Notes under the pieces: model-generated
Told to the model about the DNA's origin: nothing
Database searches by the model: none
The model's input: the letters and a program-made list of their open reading frames with translations, nothing else
Shown here: piece by piece, positions 18,855-27,955 of the stretch
Layout of the letters: the number at the start of each line of letters is the position of its first letter
Numbering within the stretch: position 1 is the first letter of the stretch
Made by a program: the position numbers and the translations under genes
NCBI GenBank assembly: GCA_965279515.1
Contig: CBDIID010000003.1
Span: forward strand, 832,001-896,000
Origin: Turneriella sp.
Lineage (GTDB): Bacteria; Spirochaetota; Leptospiria; Turneriellales; Turneriellaceae
Length of the DNA stretch: 64,000 nt
Direction of reading: 5' to 3'

Positions 18855-21259
18855 TCATCGTCTCCATCGAAGAAATCCTTTGTTTTGACCACCGGCTTTT
18901 TCTCGACCGGTGTCGGCATCGTGATTTCGTTATCGATAGCCGGGTTCTCACCTAAGTCGATTTTATTGCCCGTTTCGGGGCCGGTATCTTCGAGGAATAA
19001 TTCCTTATAGGGCTCGGAGCAGCTCGAGGTCGCCGGCAGACCATTGCTGCGGCAGAAGGTGATCTCCGTCAGTTCGGCTTCTTTTAGATAGGCATCCTCA
19101 TCCTGGATCTTCGCGGCGATACGGTTCTGGTAAGCAGCCCAGATCGGCGCCGCAACACCGGCACCCGCCTGGCCTGGCCCCAAAGACAGGCTCGGGCGGT
19201 CATAGCCGACCCACACCGCCGAAGTATAACGTTTATTAAAACCGACAAACCAGGCATCACGAAAGCCGTTCGTCGTACCGGTTTTTCCCGCCGCATAACC
19301 GCCGTATCCGGTCTTGCGCACACTCGAACCGGTTCCGTGCTGCACGGCCGTCTCGAGCAGCGAGCGCACAATCGTCGCCGTACCGGCGCTGATGACCTGT
19401 TCTTTTTTTTGCACCGGAGTAAAGTCTTTGATGAGCTTCTGGTTCCGGTCGAAAACTTTCTTCAGCATCACGGGCTCGATGCTTTCGCCCCCGCGCGCAA
19501 AATGGGAAAAACCGCGGGCCATCCCCAAAGGTGAGACCTCATAGGTGCCGAGCGCAATCGAGAGGTTGTAGGGAATCTGCTGCGGTTTGACATAGAGCTC
19601 TTTCGCCAGCGTCGGTAACATATTGCCGAGACCCACTTCACGGGCAAGTGCGATACTCACGGTATTTACCGAGTAGCGTAGCGCGTCGCGCAGTGTAATA
19701 AAGCCGCGAAAACCGGAGGAATAATTTTCCGGCATCCATAGATCACCCCGTTCATCGATGGAGACGATGGGCGAATCGGGAAACTGTGTGGCTGCGGTGA
19801 CCTTCTTTGTTTCCAGTGCGGCGGCATAGAGCAGGGGCTTAAACGACGAACCGGGTTGGCGTTCCATGTGGATAGCCCGGTTGATCTGGTTCTGTGTGCT
19901 GAATGGCAGGCCGCCGACGACCGCCGTGACTTCACCCGTCATATTATCGATTTCGGCGAGCGCGCCCTGCACGGCGAGATAGCGGTTAGCGAAAGGATTA
20001 TCAGCCCTGAGATGCGTCAGTACCGAATCCATGCGCTCATCACCACCGAAGCCGAGATTCACAAGTTCGAGTGGATCGAGGAATTCCTCGAAAAAATTCA
20101 TGTGGAGTTCGTATTGATCGAAACGTTTCTGCGGGTTGAGATCCGGCAGGTTCATGGAAATCTGTGCCAGCGAGAGCAGCGCCGAGTATTCATGGGAAAG
20201 CTCGAGCTGCTTGGAGAAGAAGTAATTACGCGAGATGGAATTCTGCGCGCGCACGCCGCGCCACAGGGCCTCCTGCGCCGCCTTCTGATGGTCGAGATCG
20301 AGACCGGTGTGTATTTTCAGGCCTTCATTATAAAGAGCCTGCTTACCAAATTCTTTCTCGAGAATCGGTCGCACCGTTTCTGAGAAATACGGCGCATTAT
20401 CGACGCGGCGGCCAAATGCGGTTTCGGTCGGCGCAATGTTGAGTGTGCCGTAATAATGCGTCGCCTCGGCCTCGGCTTTTTGCGCGGCGGCGATGTCGAT
20501 AAAGCCCAGATCGACCATCTTCATCAGTGCATGCTGCAGCCGGGCGCGCGAGAGATGCGGGTTGCGGATCGGCGAATAACGGTTCGGTGAACTCGGCAAC
20601 GTCGCGAGAATCGCCGCCTGCGCCACGGAAATATTCTTTACTGACGAATCAAAATAGAACTGCGACGCAGCCTCGACCCCGTAATTACCATGGCCGAAGT
20701 AGATCTGGTTGCAATACAGCAGGAGTATCTTATCCTTCGCATACCCGGCATCGATCAGCAGCGCCAGCGCGGCTTCTTTAATTTTGCGCGTAAATGTGCG
20801 CTTCTGGTCGGTCAGCACAACCTTCGCGAGCTGCTGTGTGATGGTCGAGCCGCCCTGCTTCACCTGCCCCGCCTGCAGGTTGATGAGAAATGCACGGAAG
20901 ATACCCTGCGGTGAAATACCCGCGTGATCGTAAAAGTGATTATCTTCCATCGCGATGAAGGCCTGCTTCAGATGCGGGGGGATATCCTGCTCGGGCGCCA
21001 GAATACGCTGGTCCTGGAAGAATGTCGTGATGAGCCGGCCCTTGCGGTCATAGAGCTCACTCGGTACCGATGGCTTATACGAATCGAGGTTGAACACGCG
21101 CCAGGCCTGGCTTAAGACCGCTACAGAAAGCAGCGTGACGACAAAGAGCGTAGCGCCCATGAAAATGGTCGCGGCGATACGGCGCGAGAGATTTTCCGCC
21201 AGCAAGACACGCGCAGCACGGTCTGCCAATTTTGCATAGAGATGAATAATGCCGCGCAC
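18851..21259 (-). CDS. Class A penicillin-binding protein (PBP1A family)
   Basis: Glycosyltransferase EDNHFYDH, GGSTITQQLAK, RKIKE; transpeptidase SSFK, SVN, KTGT. Confidence 0.93.
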   Translation of the reverse strand: MRGIIHLYAKLADRAARVLLAENLSRRIAATIFMGATLFVVTLLSVAVLSQAWRVFNLDSYKPSVPSELYDRKGRLITTFFQDQRILAPEQDIPPHLKQAFIAMEDNHFYDHAGISPQGIFRAFLINLQAGQVKQGGSTITQQLAKVVLTDQKRTFTRKIKEAALALLIDAGYAKDKILLLYCNQIYFGHGNYGVEAASQFYFDSSVKNISVAQAAILATLPSSPNRYSPIRNPHLSRARLQHALMKMVDLGFIDIAAAQKAEAEATHYYGTLNIAPTETAFGRRVDNAPYFSETVRPILEKEFGKQALYNEGLKIHTGLDLDHQKAAQEALWRGVRAQNSISRNYFFSKQLELSHEYSALLSLAQISMNLPDLNPQKRFDQYELHMNFFEEFLDPLELVNLGFGGDERMDSVLTHLRADNPFANRYLAVQGALAEIDNMTGEVTAVVGGLPFSTQNQINRAIHMERQPGSSFKPLLYAAALETKKVTAATQFPDSPIVSIDERGDLWMPENYSSGFRGFITLRDALRYSVNTVSIALAREVGLGNMLPTLAKELYVKPQQIPYNLSIALGTYEVSPLGMARGFSHFARGGESIEPVMLKKVFDRNQKLIKDFTPVQKKEQVISAGTATIVRSLLETAVQHGTGSSVRKTGYGGYAAGKTGTTNGFRDAWFVGFNKRYTSAVWVGYDRPSLSLGPGQAGAGVAAPIWAAYQNRIAAKIQDEDAYLKEAELTEITFCRSNGLPATSSCSEPYKELFLEDTGPETGNKIDLGENPAIDNEITMPTPVEKKPVVKTKDFFDGDDE

Positions 21260-21312
21260 GCCCCGGCAAGGGCGGCGATTTTCTTGCGGTGTAAAGTGAT
21301 TCGAAGGAATAT

Positions 21313-21483
21313 CGACGGTACCCAGAATTCATGAAGTTGGTCAAACCGAATCAGAGTTATCTACTTTCGCAGAATCCGGAAGCCTCGCGGTTTGGAAGAC
21401 CAAACCACTGCTAAAGCGGCCGAGGCGGCCTGCTTCCGGATTATGCGCAACTTTATGAATTCTGGGGCCCCTTTATACCGTTG
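21313..21483. ncRNA. ~170-nt rod-shaped structured element (element A); candidate ncRNA or palindromic repeat
   Basis: cgacggta/taccgttg, 19-bp cccagaattcatgaagttg/caactttatgaattctggg, aatccggaagc/gcttccggatt, capped by a multi-hairpin junction. Confidence 0.55.
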
Positions 21484-21515
21484 ACGTGCTCCCCGGCGCA
21501 GAAAATCATTCCACA

Positions 21516-21857
21516 ATGGCGACTGAAATTTCACCCGAGAAACTTTCCGAACTCAAGGCTTTGGGCGGCGATGCCCTCATCACCAAGCTGCTGAGTAAGT
21601 TTGTCGAAAATTCGGCAAAACTGATCGCCGATGCGAAAACCGCCGTCGCCGCCGGCGATGCGCCAAAAGTCGATTATTGTGTGCACACCCTCAAAGGCAG
21701 CGCCATGAGTCTGGGCCTCGGTTCCATGAGTGCAATCCTCATCGATCTCAATGTGCGCACCAAGGCGCAGAATCTCGCCAATGTGCAGGGCGATCTCGAC
21801 CAGCTTGAAAAGCTGCTCGAAGAAGTGAAAGCCTATAAGGCCGCGACTTTTCCGTAG
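21516..21857 (+). CDS. Stand-alone Hpt (histidine phosphotransfer) domain protein
   Basis: VHTLKGSAMSLG signature in a ~113 aa helical protein. Confidence 0.9.
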   Translation: MATEISPEKLSELKALGGDALITKLLSKFVENSAKLIADAKTAVAAGDAPKVDYCVHTLKGSAMSLGLGSMSAILIDLNVRTKAQNLANVQGDLDQLEKLLEEVKAYKAATFP

Positions 21858-21991
21858 CAGGCTCCGGAAAAACTCCCGAAAAAGCGAAAAGCCTCGTCGT
21901 TTGCAAAGCCAAACGACTGCTAAAGCGCGTCGTCGCTTGGTAGCCAAGCGACTTTGCTGCTTTTCGCTTTTTCGGTTCCGAGAGCCTGCTA
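21855..21991. repeat. Branched palindromic element B, sharing a 39-nt core with element A
   Basis: tagcaggctc/gagcctgcta, perfect 17-bp ccgaaaaagcgaaaagc/gcttttcgctttttcgg, two related inner hairpins. Confidence 0.8.
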
Positions 21992-22019
21992 GCAGTTTCC
22001 TTTTTCAGGAAACTGCTAG
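21989..22019. terminator. Perfect 13-bp hairpin between convergent genes (possible terminator)
   Basis: ctagcagtttcct-ttttc-aggaaactgctag, overlapping the stop codon of the creatininase-family gene. Confidence 0.55.
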
Positions 22020-22948
22020 TTAACTGCAACCACGCCTGAAATCAGTTCGGTCACGCCCATAACCGGCTCAGGAGGAGATCCCCCTTCTATGAAAACGCTG
22101 CGCACAGCGGTCTCATACTCACTCAGAATTCGCGAAACAAAAATCTCACCGCTCTTTGCATTCGCAAAGCGCGGCTTACCAGTATAACCGGGAAACGGAT
22201 CGAGTTTAATCCAGGCGAGAGCCTCGGCGGCAAAGACTAACTCGCGCGCCGCGCCTTGCTGTCCCAGCGAACGCATGCCGCGTATCGCTGCCTTTTGCCA
22301 CGCAGGGATCTCCACCGGAGGGCAATCGGGCAGATTTTTATACGCGGGATCGACGCTTGCCCCGGCGAGCGCCAGCGTCAGCGAAGTTTCAAAGAAGCCC
22401 GCATGGTAATCGCTGCCGAGATGTTTGGAAATCTCTGCGCGTGCGGCCGTGTCTTTAACGGGCAGCAGTGCATCGGCATAGTCGCCCGGTGTATATTCGA
22501 GTAGTTTTTTGAGAATCGTATTCATCGGATTCAAAGCCTGAATTCCGGCAGCACCCAGCTTTTTCACAAAACGCTGTATTGCATGGTTATGCCGGGGCGC
22601 GCCGTGGAACGTCATGATGACTGCGCGTTTGACGCCGATGCCTGGCAGCTTATCGGCGAAAGCGTCGAGGTGATTTTCGAAATGCCGCGCGCTGGTGACG
22701 ATGGTGCCAGGCCCCGGGGTTGGGTCGAGCCCCATATTGATGAGCGGCGCCGCGATAAAACGTTCCGCAATCCCCCATTTCTTCATGCGTGCAAACAGGC
22801 GTTCGGCAAGCCCCTGACTGATCAGATAGTCATTCGCGAGCGGCAGGTGGGGCCCATGGTATTCGGTGGGATTGATAAAGATGAAAAGCGGATTTTCGGC
22901 AAAAACCGCGTTCAGGCGGCCTTCCGGCATTTCATCGTAGAATTCCAT
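22016..22948 (-). CDS. Creatininase-family amidohydrolase
   Basis: EYHGPHLP...D, FHG, HAGFFETS metal-binding motifs. Confidence 0.85.
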   Translation of the reverse strand: MEFYDEMPEGRLNAVFAENPLFIFINPTEYHGPHLPLANDYLISQGLAERLFARMKKWGIAERFIAAPLINMGLDPTPGPGTIVTSARHFENHLDAFADKLPGIGVKRAVIMTFHGAPRHNHAIQRFVKKLGAAGIQALNPMNTILKKLLEYTPGDYADALLPVKDTAARAEISKHLGSDYHAGFFETSLTLALAGASVDPAYKNLPDCPPVEIPAWQKAAIRGMRSLGQQGAARELVFAAEALAWIKLDPFPGYTGKPRFANAKSGEIFVSRILSEYETAVRSVFIEGGSPPEPVMGVTELISGVVAVN

Positions 22949-23027
22949 GGCCCGTGGCGGCGCTAAAATACGCCTGCGTCAAGAACATATTTACACCCTG
23001 TTTTCCAGCCGGTTTTTTACCAGCGTA

Positions 23028-24182
23028 ATGAAAAGTCAGGATACATCCCCCGAAATTCCTAAAATGCTCTTTGTAAAGCATCTCTCAAAAATTCTGCTGT
23101 TCTACTTCGTCGGTCTCTCTATCTTCTTTATCTCCGGGTTTGCTGTCTTCAAAATCCTGTTTGCCGATACCGAAAAAACCGTGGTGCCTGATGTTGTAGG
23201 CCGCCTGTTTCTGGGCGAGCATAACAAGCTGCGTGACGATTTTAAGGTTGAGGTCAAGCCTGCCTACCTGACGCAATATCCCTACGGCTATATTCTGGCA
23301 CAGGACCTGACGCCGGGTAAAACCGTGGATAAGAATACCAAGCTCGAAGTGCTGGTAAACCTTTCGGACGCGATTGTGCAGGTGCCACGCCTCACCGGTT
23401 TTTCAGAAGACCTGATTGACGGCTCGCTGGCAAGCCTGCCCGTCGGCGGCCGCATTTTTTCGCTGCGCAAAGGCATCATCACACGTGTGCCCTCGGCGCA
23501 GCCCAAGCGCGAAGTGCTCGCACAGTTCCCGCCCGTAGGCACTCCGGTTATTCCGAATACTCCCGTGTCGCTGCTTATTTCCGACGGCCCGGCGCCTACA
23601 GGTGCTGCAGGCGGCCCGCAGGCCTTGAACCGCATACGCATCGAAAAGGGCACTCCGGTATCGATTGCGTTAAATGCGGCATACCACCTGAGGATTCCCG
23701 GGGTCGTGAAACTTTCTAAAACCGAAAAGGCCGATGAAAACGCGGCACTCGTCGCCGACGCGAAAATTGCGGCGGACGGCATTGAGCTCATCGTCGGTGA
23801 ATTCGCCGAGATCATCGCGAAGGGCAAGTCGAAGATCGACTTCAGCGATCTGCCCTATGTGCAGCTTTTTGTACCCGAAAAAAAATGGGGCGAAAAGGAC
23901 CAGGTGCTTACGATCGCACGCCGCGAGGCCGTGCCATCGGAAGATGGCTCACCTTACAGTGAATATTTCCTCATCAAAAATCAATCCCCCCTACCGGTAT
24001 TTCGCCGCCGCGATGAAAAATTCGATGTCTATAAAGACTATTTCACGTACTCAGTCATAAAACCCGTAGAAAAATCGCCCGATAGCACAAAGACCATTGT
24101 CGGTGATCCTAACAAAACCGAAGCGCAGCAAAAACCGCGTACCCCCGATAAAACAGTGCGCCTGAAGGCCGATACGCTCTAA
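23028..24182 (+). CDS. Membrane-anchored PASTA-domain protein
   Basis: One TM helix then VVPDVVG...ILAQD..PG and QVPRLTG...VLAQFPPVG; start uncertain. Confidence 0.8.
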   Translation: MKSQDTSPEIPKMLFVKHLSKILLFYFVGLSIFFISGFAVFKILFADTEKTVVPDVVGRLFLGEHNKLRDDFKVEVKPAYLTQYPYGYILAQDLTPGKTVDKNTKLEVLVNLSDAIVQVPRLTGFSEDLIDGSLASLPVGGRIFSLRKGIITRVPSAQPKREVLAQFPPVGTPVIPNTPVSLLISDGPAPTGAAGGPQALNRIRIEKGTPVSIALNAAYHLRIPGVVKLSKTEKADENAALVADAKIAADGIELIVGEFAEIIAKGKSKIDFSDLPYVQLFVPEKKWGEKDQVLTIARREAVPSEDGSPYSEYFLIKNQSPLPVFRRRDEKFDVYKDYFTYSVIKPVEKSPDSTKTIVGDPNKTEAQQKPRTPDKTVRLKADTL

Positions 24183-24823
24183 TGCCTAAGATTTCACCGA
24201 GCATTCTCGCCGCACCCCTGGCGCATTTAGGCGCCGCGGCCAAAGAGATTGAAGCCGCGGGCTGCGAATACGTACACATCGATGTCATGGACGGCCACTT
24301 TGTACCGGCGTTGACATTCGGCGATCAGATCACCGCCGCCATCGCGGCCGAGACCAAGGTGCCACTCGACGTGCACCTGATGGTGGCAAAACCCGAAAGC
24401 GAGGCGCGCAAATATTTCGACCTCAAACCCGCTATTATCACCTTCCACTACGAAGCAACAACGGCACCCATCCGTCTCGCCGAAGAGATTCGGGCGCGGG
24501 GAATCAAAGCGGGCCTCTCTCTCAACCCGCGCACACCGGTTTCGGTGGTTGCCGACCTGACCCGTTATTTTGACGTCTTTCTGCTGATGTCGGTTGAGCC
24601 GGGTTTTTACGGGCAGAAATTCATAGAAGCCTCGTGGGATCGCCTCGCTGCGCTTGCTGCCTTCAAAAGCCAGGGGCATCCCTTTGAGATTGAAGTCGAC
24701 GGCGGGGTTTCTGACGTCAATGCAGCACGTCTCGCCGCGGCGGGCGCAGATATTTTTGTTTCGGGCAGTTATCTTTTCAAAGGCGATATGAAAGAAAAGG
24801 TGAAAAAACTTAAGGGGATTTAA
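24182..24823 (+). CDS. rpe: Ribulose-phosphate 3-epimerase
   Basis: ISPSIL, HIDVMDGHFVP, DVHLM, MSVEPGF, EVDGGV. Confidence 0.96.
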   Translation: MPKISPSILAAPLAHLGAAAKEIEAAGCEYVHIDVMDGHFVPALTFGDQITAAIAAETKVPLDVHLMVAKPESEARKYFDLKPAIITFHYEATTAPIRLAEEIRARGIKAGLSLNPRTPVSVVADLTRYFDVFLLMSVEPGFYGQKFIEASWDRLAALAAFKSQGHPFEIEVDGGVSDVNAARLAAAGADIFVSGSYLFKGDMKEKVKKLKGI

Positions 24824-25290
24824 TGCGCGGAAAATACATCATTCTGATGGCGGCCCTCTCCCTGGTCAGTTGTAAAAAATCTTCACTCTTCACGGAAATC
24901 GACGCCAGCTTCAAGTCTCTCGACGATGTCTTCATCACAGAATTCAAGAACCAGCAAAAGCAGGTAGAGAAAAATACCGAGCTGACGCTTGATGCGAAAG
25001 AGGCGAAGACCGGCCACTTTGGCACGCTGCTCTCGCTCGACGTCTGGGAGTTTGGCGCTGACGCCGATGCAAAACAGGCATACGAAACCCTCATCGCTGC
25101 GGAAAAGCAGAACACACCGCGCGAGTACGACCAGACGCGCTCGGGCGAGTACCGCTACACGTTTGTGCGCCAGACCGGCGTTGCCGGTGAAGTGTTCACG
25201 GCGAAAAAGATCCTCTTTCGTATTCTCGCCGAGAACAAAGACACTATCCGCGAATACCTGATTGCTTCTAAACTCGGGCGTATACGCTGA
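24823..25290 (+). CDS. Hypothetical lipoprotein
   Basis: Lipobox-like LSLVS-C after a basic and hydrophobic N-terminus. Confidence 0.7.
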   Translation: MRGKYIILMAALSLVSCKKSSLFTEIDASFKSLDDVFITEFKNQQKQVEKNTELTLDAKEAKTGHFGTLLSLDVWEFGADADAKQAYETLIAAEKQNTPREYDQTRSGEYRYTFVRQTGVAGEVFTAKKILFRILAENKDTIREYLIASKLGRIR

Positions 25291-25292
25291 CC

Positions 25293-26084
25293 TTGTCTTT
25301 TCCCGTAGCCATATCACCCTGCCCCAACGACACCTTTGCTTTCTACTCGCTGATCGAGGAGAAAAAATACCCGGTTGATTTTCTCGACATTGAAGAATTA
25401 AACCGCGCGCTGCTGGCCGGCAAATACGCGGTTGCCAAGGGTTCCTTTGCCATCATGGAAAAGATTTCGGCCGATTATGAAATTCTGCCCGTCGGCGCCG
25501 CCATCGGCAAGGGCGTCGGCCCCGTTTTTGTTGGCGCACTCAAAAACGGCGCCCGCATCGCCCTGCCCGGTGAGAACACCACCGCAAACCGCTTGTTTCG
25601 TTTCTGGCAGGCGGCGCATCCGGAATTCAACCTGAACGTCGAGCAGATGCCGTTCTTTGAAATGATCCCGGCCCTGCAAAGTGGCCGCGTCAACGCCGCG
25701 GTGCTCATCCACGAGGGGCGCTTTGTCTACCCCGGGCTGGGCCTCAAACTCATCTCTGACCTCGGCGCTTTCTGGGAAAACGCCACGGGTGCCATGATTC
25801 CATTGGGATGCATCTATGCGCGCAAATCCCTGGGTGCAGAGGACAAGGCGGCGTTCGCGGCGGCGCTCAGGCACAGCCTCGAAACCAGCAGCCGCGAGTA
25901 TCGGGAGAGATCCCACCATTATGAGAACGCTATATTGCCTTATATGCTGAAAATGGCACAGGAAAAGGATGTTGCCGTGGTCGAGGCACATGTCGACACC
26001 TATGTCACTTTGGATACGGTTGAGATGGGGCCGACAGCGCTTGCCTCGATCGCCGTTTTCCGGGAAAAGTGCCTTAACCGTTAA
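25293..26084 (+). CDS. mqnD: 1,4-dihydroxy-6-naphthoate synthase (futalosine menaquinone pathway)
   Basis: SPCPNDTF, DIEELN, PGENTTA, IHEGRF, DLG..WE, PLG. Confidence 0.92.
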   Translation: MSFPVAISPCPNDTFAFYSLIEEKKYPVDFLDIEELNRALLAGKYAVAKGSFAIMEKISADYEILPVGAAIGKGVGPVFVGALKNGARIALPGENTTANRLFRFWQAAHPEFNLNVEQMPFFEMIPALQSGRVNAAVLIHEGRFVYPGLGLKLISDLGAFWENATGAMIPLGCIYARKSLGAEDKAAFAAALRHSLETSSREYRERSHHYENAILPYMLKMAQEKDVAVVEAHVDTYVTLDTVEMGPTALASIAVFREKCLNR

Positions 26085-26167
26085 TTTTTTGCAACCGCCG
26101 CGCAGCTCTGGCATCTAATTCGCGAGACGGCGTATATTGACCTCGGTGTCTGCCGCCCCGTTTGATT

Positions 26168-26566
26168 ATGGAAACTGCTCAACTCAAGAATATAGAAGGC
26201 ATGCTTGAAAAATGCCTGACCACGTCGCACACCGCCGACGTGATTTTATCGATTGTGCCCATGGTGGCGGTCGTTTTTGGCTCTGTCCTTTTGTTCTTTC
26301 TGCTCTTTTACAATTACCGCATCCGGCGCGAAAAGATACGCCAGCAGATTCCGGTGGAAAGCGCGTTTGATCACCTGCGCTTCATCAGTCTGCTTGCGGG
26401 CTGCATGAGCTTTTCGGCGGGAATTCCGCTGACGCTGTTTTTTACTTTCACCAACCCGGCGAACCCGGGCATCCTGGGGGGCCTGATACCCCTCTCGGCC
26501 GGTATCGGCCTCATTGTGTTCTACTACCTATCCCAAAACAAGCCAGGGGCGCATGCCAACCGATGA
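26168..26566 (+). CDS. Small 3-TM membrane protein upstream of ECF sigma factor
   Basis: Three hydrophobic helices, C-terminal GLIPLSAGIGLIVFY; overlaps the sigma gene start. Confidence 0.7.
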   Translation: METAQLKNIEGMLEKCLTTSHTADVILSIVPMVAVVFGSVLLFFLLFYNYRIRREKIRQQIPVESAFDHLRFISLLAGCMSFSAGIPLTLFFTFTNPANPGILGGLIPLSAGIGLIVFYYLSQNKPGAHANR

Positions 26567-27062
26567 GCATGTCTTCACCAAAGAGGATTTTGACCGCGAG
26601 TTTGAGAAGGCGCTCGATATGACCTATTCGATCGGACTCAAACTCTACCGCGGCAATGAAGACGACGCGGCGGATTTTGCCCAATCGCTCTATCCCTTTG
26701 CGCTTAAAAAAATCGCCAAATTCGCCGGGCGCTCGGCGTTCTCGACCTGGCTCTACCGCCTGGCGTGGAATTTCGGACTCGAAGACCTGCGGCGCAAGAA
26801 GCGCCTCGCGGCCGAAGACATTGAAAATTTTGACATCGCCGCGCCCGAAGGCGCCGACCCGGAATTTGACGAAAACGAAATCGCGGCGCTGCGCCAGCAT
26901 GTCGGTGCCCTGCCCGACCAGTACCGTATTCCGCTCATTCTGCTGTTCTTCGAGAACATGCCCTACTCTGAAATTTCGGCCATTACCGGAATCAAAGAGG
27001 GCACGCTGAAGGCAAACGTGCACCGGGCAAAAAATATTTTACGCCAGCAAATGGGCAAGTAA
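26553..27062 (+). CDS. ECF RNA polymerase sigma-70 factor
   Basis: Region 2 FAGRSAFSTWLYRLAWN; region 4 LPDQYR...YSEISAITGIKEGTLKANVHRAK. Confidence 0.92.
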   Translation: MPTDEHVFTKEDFDREFEKALDMTYSIGLKLYRGNEDDAADFAQSLYPFALKKIAKFAGRSAFSTWLYRLAWNFGLEDLRRKKRLAAEDIENFDIAAPEGADPEFDENEIAALRQHVGALPDQYRIPLILLFFENMPYSEISAITGIKEGTLKANVHRAKNILRQQMGK

Positions 27063-27075
27063 GGAAGGATCGCGT

Positions 27076-27426
27076 ATGAAAAAGTATAAATACCCCGAGG
27101 CAGTCAGCCGCGCCGTCGGCGACGAGTACACACGCACAGCGCCCGAAAGTTTACGCATCAAAATACGCGCCCTGATGCATCTGCCGCTGGTGAAACCCTG
27201 GCAGTTTGCCGGCAGCGTCTTGTTACTGCTTTTATCCCCGCTGAGCTTTTACCTTTTCCGCTCGAAACTGGTCTATTCTGAGAACATGCTGCTGATTTTA
27301 AACGTATCCGCCGGCGCCGTGGCTTTTCTGATCATCTTCGCCGGCGTCGCGCACCGCTATTCTGATCCCAGGCACAAGGCTGAACTGATCGATAAGCTGA
27401 ACGCCCTGCGCGCGAAAATTTCCTGA
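27076..27426 (+). CDS. Small 2-TM protein, putative anti-sigma factor
   Basis: Directly downstream of the ECF gene, strong AAGGA RBS, two TM helices. Confidence 0.6.
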   Translation: MKKYKYPEAVSRAVGDEYTRTAPESLRIKIRALMHLPLVKPWQFAGSVLLLLLSPLSFYLFRSKLVYSENMLLILNVSAGAVAFLIIFAGVAHRYSDPRHKAELIDKLNALRAKIS

Positions 27427-27448
27427 CCCCCTAACCCGCGGGGTGGGG

Positions 27449-27796
27449 TTACTCCGCTTTGCCCTTGATTGCCCGGGCCGCGTCCGCAGCTTCGGGATAT
27501 ACGGTAAAATGCTGGTCTGACTTTGTCAGCTTAAACACCATCTCGATCGTGGCATTGATACCGACGAGGTAGAGCGCCCCGCCATACGCCTGCATTTTCT
27601 TTTGCACCTGGAATAAAACACCCATCGCCGACGAATCAAGGTATTCAACCTGCGTCAGGTCAATAATGAGATGGTCGGGCTCGAGCGCCACTGTCGCCAA
27701 AAGCTTCTCTTTCAGATCGGGAATAAAATACATGTGGAGCTGCGCAGCGGTGATGAGGGCACAGGGAATGCCCTCGACTTCTTTCATCTGAACCAC
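27449..27796 (-). CDS. STAS-domain anti-sigma factor antagonist
   Basis: IDLTQVEYLDSSAMGVL, VFKLT. Confidence 0.9.
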   Translation of the reverse strand: MVQMKEVEGIPCALITAAQLHMYFIPDLKEKLLATVALEPDHLIIDLTQVEYLDSSAMGVLFQVQKKMQAYGGALYLVGINATIEMVFKLTKSDQHFTVYPEAADAARAIKGKAE

Positions 27797-27851
27797 GGGC
27801 GGACGTCTGGTTAAAGCGACCGCCGCGTCAATAATTTGTCAGATTTCTATT

Positions 27852-27955
27852 TAGGTAAGTTCTAAAAAAGTCATGCGCGGCCAAGGCCGCGCGAGGGAAT
27901 GCGCGCTCGCGAGTACGCAAGCGCTCCTAATTTTGCCTTTTTCAGAACTTACTTA
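27852..27955. repeat. Branched palindromic element D downstream of rnr
   Basis: gtaagttctaaaaaag/ctttttcagaacttac enclosing gcgcggcc-aa-ggccgcgc, gcgag...ctcgc and gagtac-gcaa-gcgctc. Confidence 0.7.

Noticed and set aside
21313..21483. SRP RNA, tmRNA, RNase P, c-di-GMP riboswitch, hammerhead/twister or retron msr-msd reading of element A
   Set aside because: Diagnostic motifs (SRP domain IV, tag ORF and tRNA-like ends, CUGAUGA/GAAA core) not found; no reverse transcriptase in the window
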